Source of the DNA: Octopus sinensis
Taxonomy: Eukaryota
Direction of reading: 5' to 3'
Length of the DNA: 64,000 nucleotides
Assembly (NCBI RefSeq): GCF_006345805.1
Contig: NW_021833079.1
Location: 72,814-136,813 of the forward strand
The position numbers were made by a program, and so were the translations under genes. Below are positions 21,901 through 33,059 of the stretch, piece after piece. How positions within the stretch are numbered: position 1 is the first letter of the stretch; every line of letters begins with the position of its first letter. The notes beneath the pieces are model-generated. The model ran no database searches, had not been told where the DNA came from, and saw only the letters and a list, made by a program, of their open reading frames with translations.

Positions 21901-24900
21901 CAGATAGTCATTAAGAAATGAAAGAACAAAAAAAACAATCAGAAATGCCAGAAAAAACCTTCTTTTCTTCACTAATATAGACCAAAAAACAAACAAAGAA
22001 AAACACCACAAGAACACGCGCGCGCGTATGTTATTCAATAATTCAATAATTCTCACTCTCTTTCCCTTTCTTTTTGTCATCCATTTGTTCATTGTTTTTA
22101 TCTTGCTCTCTTTTTATGTCTTTCTGTTTCCAACCCACTTCTGTTCTATGCTCTACTTGCGAAGTTAGTAACAACCGCAAGAAAGGGAGAGTCTGTTCTA
22201 GTTGCGACAGATTCTTCCACCTTTCTTGCGTGCGTCTTTCCAGGCGCGTTCTGCCTCTCTCTTAATTGGGACTGTCCTTCCTGCCGCACTTGCCAGCCGG
22301 TTCAGTGTTCCAGCCCGCAAGAACTCCCCGAAAAAGCGCCACTCGCAACATCTCCGTCTGCCGAGGAAGTTCTCAAATCTATCAAGCTCTTCCGCCGTCT
22401 CCGGAAAATCCCATCCAGAATCCCAAAAGCTGCGCGTATCTTTGCAGCCTCCTCCTTGTCCGCCGCAATCGATAAGGCTTTGGCATCTGATGCCATTCCG
22501 ATTGGCTTAAGCTGTTTTGCTTCGCCTCTTTCGGTCTCGGTTTTGCCCCATTAAGAGCCCGTGTGAAAACCTCCTCCATCTCGCTGGCTACAACCGTCAA
22601 ACAAGAATTGGCCTTGTATGATAAGAACTTTTTTTCATCCGCTGGCTGCGGGACCACCTCGCTAGCTCCAAATTTCCCTCTGGTTCACCATCCCATAATG
22701 TGTCCTCTCACGCGAATGACGTCGATTACCTCAACAGAAAGATTAATAGTAAACTCTTGGACGGCGACGTTCGTGGTGCAGTTAGGCTGGTTGCCTCGAC
22801 AAGTCCCCTTTTGCCCACGACCCCTGCTGTTTGAATTCCCTCAGGAAAAAACATCCCCTCAGCCAAACGACTTCAGGCCTCAGCCGTCCCCTGACACCCT
22901 CGCTCTCAATCCTTTTGCTGTCTCGGAAACTCTTGTACTGAAAGCCCTGAGGGACTTTTCACCTGGAAGCAGTGGTGGTGTAGATTGTCTGAGACCAGGT
23001 CATCTGAAAGACCTGACGTCTCCCACTACCGCCGAAGCTGGTCGAAAACTCCTACGCTCAATACCAACCTGTGCAACCGCTTCATCTCCGGTTCCCTCCC
23101 CGATTTTGCTCGTGATATTTTCTTTTCCGCCAACCTTACTGCCCTTGGGAAAAAGGACAACGGCGTGAGGCCCATCGCCGTGGGCAATATTTTCGGAGGC
23201 TCTCTGCTAAACTTCTGTGTCGAGCCATTGTCCCCTTTTTGTCTCGAGTGTTTCTGCCTGTCCAACTCGGGGTCGGCGTTCCTAACGGCTGCGAAGCGGT
23301 GTTCATTCAATTCGTGAACTAACGAATCATTTGAGCAGTTTATTATGGTCAAATTGGACGTTTCCAACGCATTCAATTCCATCAGGCGGGACCACCTTCT
23401 GGAGTGCTGTCGTGAATTAGTCCCTTTCGCCTATCCCCTTGTGCATCTCTCTTATGCTTCCTCAAGTATCCTTATGTTCAACGATATACCTATTTCTTCG
23501 GCCACCGGGGTCCAACAGGGAGATCCCCTGGGTCCTGTCCTTTTTGCCTTGGGCGTTAACAGTATCGCTCACTCTGTTCGATCCCCAGTTAACATATGGT
23601 ATCTGGATGACGCAACCATTTGTGGTCCCCCCGATGCTGTTTTTGACGACCTTCGTTCTATCCTCCCTTCCCTCTCGGACATCGGCCTATCTATAAACGC
23701 CGATAAATCCGAAATCGTGAACATTGCCTTAAATCCGAGTGACTTCACTGTTTCAATTTCCACGTGCCGAGGCATTCTCTCAGATGTCCGGATTACGGAC
23801 AAATCAAATCTTACGATCCTCGGTGCCCCTATGGGGCCTTCTGCCCTCGAATGCTCACTCGCTGGAAAAATTTCCCACTTATCCAAAATGATCGACAAGC
23901 TTAAAGTCATAGAGCCTCATGTGGCTCTTTCCTCCTCCGAAACCACTTTTCCGTCCCTAAGATCCTTTACACCCTAAGATGCGCACCTGCTTTCAAAGAG
24001 ACGACCTTCTTTCCGACCTTGACAATATCCTCAGGCTCGGTACGAGCTCTCTTTGCAATCTGGCTTTCGACGATCCAGGCTGGACTCAGGCATCCCTGCC
24101 TGTGCGCTGGGGCGGCCTTGGCTTGAGATCCTATTCCGATCTTGCCCTCCCGGCATTCCTATCCGCTCATCACGCTTCTCGTACTCTCTCAGACATCGTT
24201 CTTAGAAACCTCCCCGAACGGAAATTGTCTGAAGTTTACTCTGCAGCCCGTGGTCGGTGGGAGGCTCGGTTTGGTTCGAAGCTGCCCAATTCTCAATTTT
24301 CACAGCGTCAATGGGACGAAATCTCTTGTCAGGCAATCTTCGAAGGCCTGCTTCCTGTCTCCAATCAACACCGTGTCGCTTGCCTCCGTGCAGTGCAGGT
24401 CGCTGTGAAGGCAGCGGTGTCTGGTTAAAGGCTCTCCCTCTCCCTTCCATCGGGAACCTGTTGGACAAGGAATGCCTAAGAATTGCAATCTCCCTCCGTG
24501 TCGGGCTGAAAATCTGCCAGACGCACAAATGCCGTTGTGGGGGAACTGTTGACGAGTACGGTTTGCATCCCCTCGCTTGCCGGCGGAGTGCAGGTCGTGC
24601 CCCCCGTCACAGTGAACTCAACTCAGTCATACAGAGAGCCCTCGCTTCAGCAGGCATCCCGTCAATCCTTGAACCTGTTGGATTGGATAGAGGGGATGGC
24701 AAACGCCCTGACGGCATGTCCACCTTCCCCTACGAGCAGGGGAAATCCCTTATTTGGGATTCGGACACGTTCTCGTTGGGAAATCCTGGGCACGCTTCGA
24801 GGCAGGCCGAGGAGCGAAAGATTCTCAAGTACGGCCACCTCTCCAACTCGCTGTTCTTTACTCCAATTGCCGTGGAGTCCTCCGGGATCTTCGGCCCCAA

Positions 24901-25102
24901 GACACTCCGCTTCCTTCGCTCGCTCGGTCGACGGATTTCAAGGACTAGTCACGATCCAAGAGAGTTTTCTTGGCTCCTGGAACGTCTGTCGATTGCTGTG
25001 ATCCGAGGGAACGGTTTCGCCATTCGCGAGGCTGGCCGGGTGTCTCGTGAGGCCTTTAATTAACTTAGCTATTTTTAATTTCTTTTTTGTTTAAAAAAAA
25101 AA
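18902..25102 (+). mobile_element. CRE-clade family A copy 2 (near full length; 5' UTR interrupted by CRE-B); ORF ~22116-25063 with frameshifts
   Basis: Near-identical inverted copy of 15020-17997 from ~22180; N-terminal PHD finger; poly(A) 25093-25102; 5' UTR start GCACGCGCGTTGTTGTTGTGGTG resembles the CRE-B 5' end. No clean TSD found. Confidence 0.88.
18975..22028 (-). mobile_element. CRE-clade family B, full length, PHD + RT + endonuclease (ORF ~19005-21911, frameshifted)
   Basis: PHD at 21615-21938; RPIAVG, LDVTNAFNS, QQGDPL, WYLDD, RHTEIN, RPDG; ~18-bp TSD TGTTATTCAATTCAATAA (18957-18974; 22029-22049 with a 3-nt indel). Confidence 0.9.
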
Positions 25103-25479
25103 GATAGGACTTACTCTCGTATGGGATGTATTCGGTGTCGACTCGTTTTCTTCGTCATCGCTCATGGACTCTGTTTCTCGCCCTAGATCTGCCTCCGCTC
25201 ATGCTGAAACTAAGAAAGGTGTTACACTCGTTGCTTTTCAAATAAAATGTTGACCCAGCCACGTCCTCGAGTGGTCATCTAAAAGAAGCAACTGTCCACG
25301 GAGTTAGGCATTGTACTGTCTCTGGCAGGATAGGAATTTATTTTTCGCATTCATCGGGTCTTGATGCAATTATTGCAAAAATAGCAGGAAAATTGTCAGT
25401 GTGGTAAATATTAAAAAGTGATTATTTCTGAGAAAAATCAAGTTGTACACTATATCCATCTTTATTTGTGTCGAGTCTA

Positions 25480-25800
25480 TGGTATTAAAAAAGTAAAGAA
25501 AATGAAAGCTCACTCGATTCAGTCTATAATACCGACGCAGAATGTTAAAATGTGAATTGATACGTAAATTAAGATTGAAAAAAAACTTCAATAAAATAAA
25601 GAATGAAATAACTTTAATTGAGGTAGGCATTACTTCACAAAACCGCCTCAAACAAGTCGAAATCATGAAATTTCACAAATATGAGTTACTGGCTAATGAA
25701 TGACCTTTCAATACTTGATGAAGCACATGTAAAAACTATTCCGGTGATTTTGACGTGAGCTGGAATTGTCTTGAAATGCTTTAAAAATTATATAGATAAA
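25480..25800 (+). mobile_element. Degraded R4-like endonuclease fragment
   Basis: KNEITLIEVGITSQNRLKQVEIMKFHKYELLANE. Confidence 0.7.
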
Positions 25801-26009
25801 ATAAAAATTGAAAAGCAACGAGAACTTACATCAAATCCATTTTACTGAAAAGAACTCTCAAAAGTATGCTAATCATTTGAAACTTCCGATGCTCAGAAAG
25901 TTTTAAACAGATTGAAAATCAAAAGAATCTTTTTAAAAATAGTTTTTATGATATAAGTCTATAAAATCTACAACTAACTGCCTTAAGTAACCGTTTCGGT
26001 ACTTTGAAA

Positions 26010-26380
26010 CAAGTTCGTGTTTTTCTCTCTTGGCATCGACCAGGTCGTCTGCTCAGTCGGATCACCATTCAACCCATGATATCTGACGACACCACAATTA
26101 GAAGACCTATTGATCCATTATCTAAGGTCCCGATCCTGTCACTGAACAGTCTGGGACTCTTAGTAAACGTCACTAAAATCGAAATCCTTAATGTTAGCGT
26201 TCTCAAAACCACCCTCCAATGGCATGGAACAAAATCCTGGACATTATACACGATCGATCAGTCTACGAATCGGCCTATGCATTGTTCTTGTGGTCCTCAG
26301 CAGTGCTCTACAATTTACTATCCTACAGGATTGCAAACTCCAAAACTTACATGCAGACTTTTCTGCCTTAGTCTTCGCAC
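26010..26380 (+). mobile_element. Degraded CRE-like RT fragment
   Basis: LGIDQVVCSVGSPFNP*YL... and LNSLGLLVNVTKIEILN align by eye to the CRE SPVNIWYLDD...GLSINADKSEI region. Confidence 0.55.
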
Positions 26381-26542
26381 TGCCTTTTTTCAATTTCCAT
26401 TCCTCAAAAGAACAGTAAAAAAAAAGAAAATCGAATCAATTAAAAGTTATTAACATCATATCTTTAAATTATTTGTATATTAAGGCTCAAAATAAATAAT
26501 CTATTAAGCTCACTCAAAAAAAATTTCAAAGTATAATAATAA

Positions 26543-27354
26543 TCATTTGGAGTCTACACAAGCTCGTTTTCTGGCAGGAAGTGATTTTAATATAGCTGAA
26601 GTCCAATCCCCCATGTTAGCAAATTCGACCAATATTTGATAAACTGACATAGTAATTAAACATACCTTGATTAACAGTCAAAATCCAATTACACTCGCGT
26701 TTAATCAACTCTGAACTGAGAGGTAGACGTCCGTGTTTTATATTTTTCTCACAAGCAATGTTAAAACACAAATTCTACATATTAACAATAATATGTTCAC
26801 TTTGTGATGATTGTGATCGATAAGACCACCAATTACATACACTTCTCCTTCACATAACTCATTTATTATGTTTGGAGAGTCCCCCGTTAAATAAGTGATA
26901 GATTTATCAACAAAACAGTTCAAAAAATAATCAGAATGAGTGAATATATCCCACTTATTATAATCATGAGGCATTAATTGAGTCATATATTCATCCATAC
27001 TTGTAAAATGTAATTGTAAAGGATTTAAAGACCGCCGATTGTAACTGTAACACCCGGCTAACTGAGTCGACAGTTTTTTACAGTCCTATTTGATAATTTA
27101 AATGGTTTTAACATTAACGGACATGTAATTTCTAAATGAACAATCTATAACTACGTGAAAGAGTTTTTGGGAATTACTCATTCGAGTAATAAGACAAGGT
27201 TTACGTTTTTGAATTCTTTTTTCACGTTTATTTTTTCTAAAACATTAAATTTACAAATTCACTTTCGTTCTTGTTTTTTTTCTTGACGTTTTTTAAGCTT
27301 AGCCTCTTTCTTAAGTTGTTTTTTAGATTTTATATTAATCACAAGATCAGTCAT
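26543..27354 (-). CDS. TRMT10A: tRNA m1G9 methyltransferase
   Basis: Lys-rich N-terminus; VVIDCSF; YLTGDSPNII...VYVIGGLIDHNHHKG; HGRLPL...ILTVNQVYQIL...LPARK. Confidence 0.9.
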
Positions 27355-27424
27355 GTGCAGGCAAACTTAATTCTATTTTAATATAATTAATAGATTAAAA
27401 ATATTTTTTCGGAAAAAATATAAG

Positions 27425-27750
27425 TTAAAGTTTTCCAGCTAAGAATGCAAACATCAAACGGTCCCCAGTCAGGCCCCAACTAAGTCTTTTAGACTGGAAG
27501 ATGGCTATCCAAGAAATTAATGCGATCAAAAATACGAGAAGGGACACAAACGACATTTTCACGTCTAAAAAATAAGGTTGAGAATCACAATATAAAATTT
27601 CCCTATCTTCATTACCACGATTATGAAATAAGCAAATATTCAATATCCATAAAATTGGAAGAAAGAAAAATCCAGCTAAATTAACAATTAATAATTACTA
27701 CCAATGAAATATCTTTTAGATTCCTTTTTAATATTCTCCACGTCACTCAT
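27425..27750 (-). CDS. PSENEN: Gamma-secretase subunit PEN-2
   Basis: Spliced: AGFFFLPILWILN...YVKMS...SWIAIFQSKRLSWGLTGDRLMFAFLAG, matching GFAFLPFLWLVN...SWITIFQ...WGALGDYLSFTIPLG; two introns of 24-26 nt. Confidence 0.92.
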
Positions 27751-27894
27751 GAAAATAGGATATCTTATTGTTTAAATAAATAATTTTAATTTTAAATAAT
27801 TAAAAAAATTTATTAATCCAAAAAACCAAGTAAAATACAGAATATCTACTCCTTCAGCGGACATCGAATTTAGCTATTTTTAAGGAAATTAAAA

Positions 27895-29133
27895 TTATTT
27901 ATTATCGAGATTATATAAATATGCTTTCAAATTGAGATTTATAGAACTGGCAACGGGTTTCATTTGGTCGTAAGTGGCAAGACATTTAAACTTGGGAGAG
28001 TCAAGTCCTCCTGTCGTACTCAGCAGTCGAAGACACACCAAAGTAGACAACTACGAGTCATTTAAACCACAACAACATGACTATTAACATCATATTCCAA
28101 CATGTTTGACATGTGTTCTTTAACCACGTGATGTATAGCACACAGTCTGTCCAATTCAAACAACTTAGGTCCTGTCGTTTGAGTTGTGGTCTAAACATTC
28201 TTAAATAATCATCACAGTCTTTGGCATAGCCTTCTTTGACGTCTTCTTAATAAAATACTGCACATCAGTCGAAATTGGATTGTAGGATGCAATGTAGGCA
28301 CAAATAAGGACAAGTTTAGTATTCTCTGGAAGATTCACCAAGTCATTGTTAAGAGACTCACAATCAGTCTTTAGAAAAATAGATTTTTGAGCCATAAGTA
28401 GAGAAGGTTCGAGAATTTTCCACATTGAATGAGCAGTCACATTTTTGGGAAGAAGATTGTAATATTTGAGACCAATTTGAATGATTTCGTGGAGATTAAA
28501 CGTCCACACGTTCATAACACTGACAAGAATGTCTACAAATAATTCAGTTAAAGAGGAAGGAGGCAGGTGAGCCTCTAAAATTGTCTTGATTTCATCTGAA
28601 ATGTATACATAGTACATACTAATTGTGTAATGAGGCAAGTGTATTGTCAGTCCTGACATATCACATGGATTTTCACTAATATACACACAAGAGACGTCTA
28701 TTTGAGGACTATAATCGTTTAATTTGCTCAGAATTGACAATATTTGAGGCGACAGCTTATCCGCTGAGTCAAAAATCTGCAACCTTACATGACAGGGGAC
28801 ACCAATGTAAAATGTTGTCCTGTCTTTCCTGCTATGCTAATAAAGTCAGAGACTGTTTCCCCGGAATCGTTGCATGTCCCACAAAGAACATTCCAAAATA
28901 TAGACTCGCTGTAGCATTGGGCACAATCCAGATATACTGAATTGAGGGGATTGTCTTTTATCAGGTAGGCCACTGTACATGACTTTCCACAGCCTTGAGG
29001 ACCGACAATATTTATGGATTTGTAGGGAGTGTATTTACTCTATGACATAGCAAAAATTTATATTTACAGAATTTAGTATTTTCCTTAATAACTCTAATTT
29101 CTCACATCTGCACGTCGAGATAAACGGAGGCAT
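27895..29133 (-). CDS. ORC5: Origin recognition complex subunit 5
   Basis: Walker A GPQGCGKS; YLDCAQCY; LPENTKLVLICAYIASYNP; GPKLFELDRL; LDSPKFKC. Confidence 0.9.
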
Positions 29134-29361
29134 TTAAAATTATTTATGTTTCTCATTTTATTAAATATGTTTATAAACAAAGTTTAAATATATTAAGACT
29201 TATTATCTTCATAATCAAATATTATTTTTAATCAATGAAAATGATATCATTGATATATTGAATAAACTAAAAGTTATTTAAATGTAAATTGAAAACATTT
29301 TACAAGGTCAACATAAACCTAATTTCACCATTTTATTTGATTAGTTTGAAAAAAGAAATAA

Positions 29362-30119
29362 TTATGCCAAATGTTTAATGTCAGAAATTGAAAGCGATTT
29401 AACTTTGGGTTCTCCTTCCACAGCATTAACACTAAAGATCGATAGGGCACAGTTGTATAATTTCAAGGGCACTTGCTCGTCGGTAATCGACTTGAGGATA
29501 ATTTTGAGCGCTCCATGGTGTGTTACCACCAAAACAACAGGCGGTCGTCCCTCAATCGTATATGGGCTATTCCCAATTTCCTCAATTTGAGATTTGAGTA
29601 TTTCCTTTATAGCATTTTTACATCGTTGTTGAAACTAATCTGTGAAAGAAAAATTACTCACATCCTCCTCTGATTCGACTCCTGCAAGACTTGATCTGGT
29701 TATTTGTGAATATGGCAGTCCTTGGTACTTTCCCAAATACTATAAAAATCATTTTTATGTCTAACCCTTTCTCTAAGAGACTCTAAACGTATAGGGGTGT
29801 CATTATAATATCTATTTCCTTCGGCAATAATTCTAGCTGTCTAAAATTCTTAGAAATATACACTAACCTCGCTAGCACGTGTTAAATCGCTTGTATATAT
29901 TCTCATTATTGGGACGTCACTTAGTTCAACTGCTGTTTTCTCGGCCTGGTCTATTCCTAGTTTAGAGAGATGTGTGTCCATTTGACCTGGAAATATAATA
30001 AATTTACTATAAGCCTTGACACAATCCCATCTCGTTTGCTTCCGTCCGTCCACTTAAATTGATTATTCGCTAAGAATATACTGCCGTGTGAGGATAAGCT
30101 GAAATAAATGTTCGCACAT
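29362..30119 (-). CDS. Histidine phosphatase / phosphoglycerate-mutase family (TIGAR-like)
   Basis: Spliced LTRHGRTEAN...CQGQMDTHLSKLG...IYTSDLTRASE; LVVTHHG; LYNCALS. Confidence 0.85.
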
Positions 30120-30546
30120 GCCAAAAATAATAATTTTTCCGATCAGTATTTATTAAATAAAATACTTAAAAATCAATAATCATTTTAATAATTTTGTAAT
30201 TTTAATTATGTAAAACAACGTAATTTCTTTGCACTGCTTGTAGTTACCGCATATTTATTAGATCCCGTCGCAGTATCGATGGGCTACTTTTGTCTTTTTT
30301 AATATGGTTGTTTACCTAGGAAATTGACCTTTTACCAATTTGACGTATTTTTATTGATTTAAAAGGACCTTTTAATCGTTTAAAATTGAACTAAAATCTA
30401 ATTCGATTCAACAAATAAGAAAAGAAGGCTGTACTCTATAATTGTTGCCTATTAAATTAGCCTCATTTTAAATTAGCGATTTTAGTATCTTAAAAATTTC
30501 TTCGAGAAAAACTCTTAGATATAAACTATAAAAATCACAAAAAAAA

Positions 30547-32022
30547 TTAATTCTTGTATTCCATTAAATATTTGGTTTGCTCATTATCCAGCCCATGAGT
30601 TATCATCATTCTACGCAGCGTCTAAGACTGCCACATCAAAAAATCACCTCTGTGTAGAATTCTCCCTTAACTGGAAGACCCAAAAATGCCCTGGTCTTAA
30701 TAATTCTCATCGCAGCCATTGACACAGCCGGAGACATTTCATAAATAAACCTTTTCGTTATTCTTCCAAAACTCACTTCATGCGGGGAAAAATCAGCTCC
30801 AAAGTTTCAAGACCTCCAACATAATCGTTTATTTCGAATTGGAAGCCAGACTTTAGAAACATCAACGCTGTGTAATTCACGTGTGTCGTGGGGAGAATAG
30901 ATGGACTCCATTTGGAAATTAAATCCTCGATTTTCTTAATAAAAATTCGAACATCAATCCCTTTTTCATTATCTTGGTTATTCCTGAGATTAATAATCCA
31001 AAATACATCATCGTAATATTTTTTTTACATTCCGAGAGCATCAAAATTCTCCGATAGATGTATTCATTATTCATATGAGAAAAACACTCAGTACACGTGT
31101 TTGATGAGTCCACAGAGTTCTTAGAACAAAAGGGACAATTTGTAGATGATAAGAGTGCCTCAAATTTATCGTCGCTGCACCGTGGACAGCGACAAGTAAA
31201 GCAATAGGGCTTTAACAAGGATTGTCGCTCCTCGTGGCTATTCATGACGTCAATATATGTTATCGTGATAGTAGTATTGCGAGGAATGTCCTTCATGGCG
31301 ACCACTCGTTGTTGCAATCCATTGAAATTTGTGGCTGCATTGGGAATGCAAGAATGGTCATACTTTGATGTACTGAATTTAACGTATGAATATATTTACT
31401 TTAAATAAAGACCAACTCCTATTTTCTCGTCAAAATTCAAAATTTCAAAACTGTTTGTTTGCATTCGACAGTAAATTTCCACAAGTTGTGAAAAATCTTG
31501 CAAATCGTGCACATTCGAACAATATTTTTCGGCAATTTCAACATTCTTTTTCATTCGGTCAGATAAATACTCGAAATCTAACCAATTGTGATATTTTACG
31601 ATTACTAGACACTAAGTCATAAAAACATCTCCCATCCGGGCCCTCTCGTTTGGTAAATAATCCCAATTTGTCCTTTTATATAATTTAAATAGATACTTTG
31701 ATAATTAAATGATAAAATAAACGAGTTGAGTCAGAAGGGAGATCGCACGAGTGTTGCACGAGTTTAAGTTGAGAACATTCGTATTTATGGATTTTCCACG
31801 ATTTTTTCTGTGAATAAATAGTTTTTAATACTTGGCACATGCTGGAACAGAAATAAAGGATATTGCAAGCACTGCACTTTTTTAAAGGTCTAGAATATAT
31901 ATTACTCTAAATTACCTATCATTTCTCAAGCACCACGAGCAGTTAACTTTCAACAGTGATTTTTTTAATATGTGTACAAATGGAAATGAGGATTCGATAA
32001 TGTCTCCACACCTGAATTGCAT
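30547..32022 (-). CDS. SMYD-family SET/MYND lysine methyltransferase (SMYD3-like)
   Basis: MYND CSWC...CSAC...FCSSMCQKKSWKIHKYEC; DHSCIPNA; ITYID...LLKPYCFTCRCPRC; C-terminal MMITHG. Confidence 0.9.
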
Positions 32023-32169
32023 AATTTATTTTATTGCAAGTTATGTTAATTTAAAAATAAAAAATATCATGTCGAAAATTAATTATCAGAATTAGTAAAA
32101 TTAAATTTATTAAAGAATAACTCCCAGAAAGTGCTCTTAGATCAGTAATCTCCTATACTGTTTGTCATA

Positions 32170-33040
32170 TATCTGGAAGCTGTATTGAGAGAACTAAAAC
32201 CATACTATGAAGGAAAGATCAATGTGGGGGCACACGCGGATGACGTGGATTTTATTTCTTCCGACAGGGACGCTCTGAAAAGCCTACTGGAGGTGATGCC
32301 AAATAGACTTGCTGAGTGGTTCCTCAATGTAAATGTGGAGAAAACAGAATTTACTGAACTAGCAAGACAGAAGTCTAAGCTGGATGAACATTGGAGAAAA
32401 GTAAAGAAACTCGGATCATTATTGGGAGACGAACAAGACGTGATTATGCGAAAAACACATGCAAACAGTGCACTACGCAGTTAAAGAAAAATTGACTAAA
32501 ACGCAAAGGACTTAGCACAAAAACACGGATACGACTATACAATTCACTAGTGAAGCCAATACTCCTATATAACGCCGGAATTTGGGGACTTTCCGCTACA
32601 GACAATGACAACCTAGACTCTTTCCATAGAGATCATCTCCGACGTACTCTAGCCTCCAAGTGGCATTCAAGGTTGAGTAACAGAACAGTTTATGCCAGAA
32701 CATCAAGCAAACCAATCTCGCTCGAAATTACCGAATGCAGATAAAGGCTGTTTGGACACATTCTAAAAATGGATTTGAATGCACCGGCAAACGCCGCTAT
32801 GGAGGACTATTTCGAAGCTATGGGTCATGGTTTCCGTGGACGACTAAGAAATACTCTCCCGGGTACGCTGGATAGAGACCTAAAGAGGGCTGGTAAAGAA
32901 TTGAAAGACGGAGACGATCTCGATACACTGCGGGACGTCACTTAAGATCGCGGGAAATAGAATAAACTAATTACTCTTATTGTTTCCTGTGCTGCACAAG
33001 CTTTGTCGTGATTCATGGCATCGCAAAAGTGCCTATAATA
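32170..33040 (+). mobile_element. 5'-truncated RTE-like LINE
   Basis: HADDVDF, LNVNVEKTE, KLGSLL, RIRLYNSLVKPILLYNAGIW, LFGHIL. Confidence 0.8.
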
Positions 33041-33059
33041 AGTGCTCTTCAGACTGCAA

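Noticed and set aside
11256-25102. Programmed frameshifting in hAT and CRE ORFs
   Set aside because: Single-base indels differ between near-identical copies, so they are better explained by decay or sequencing error.
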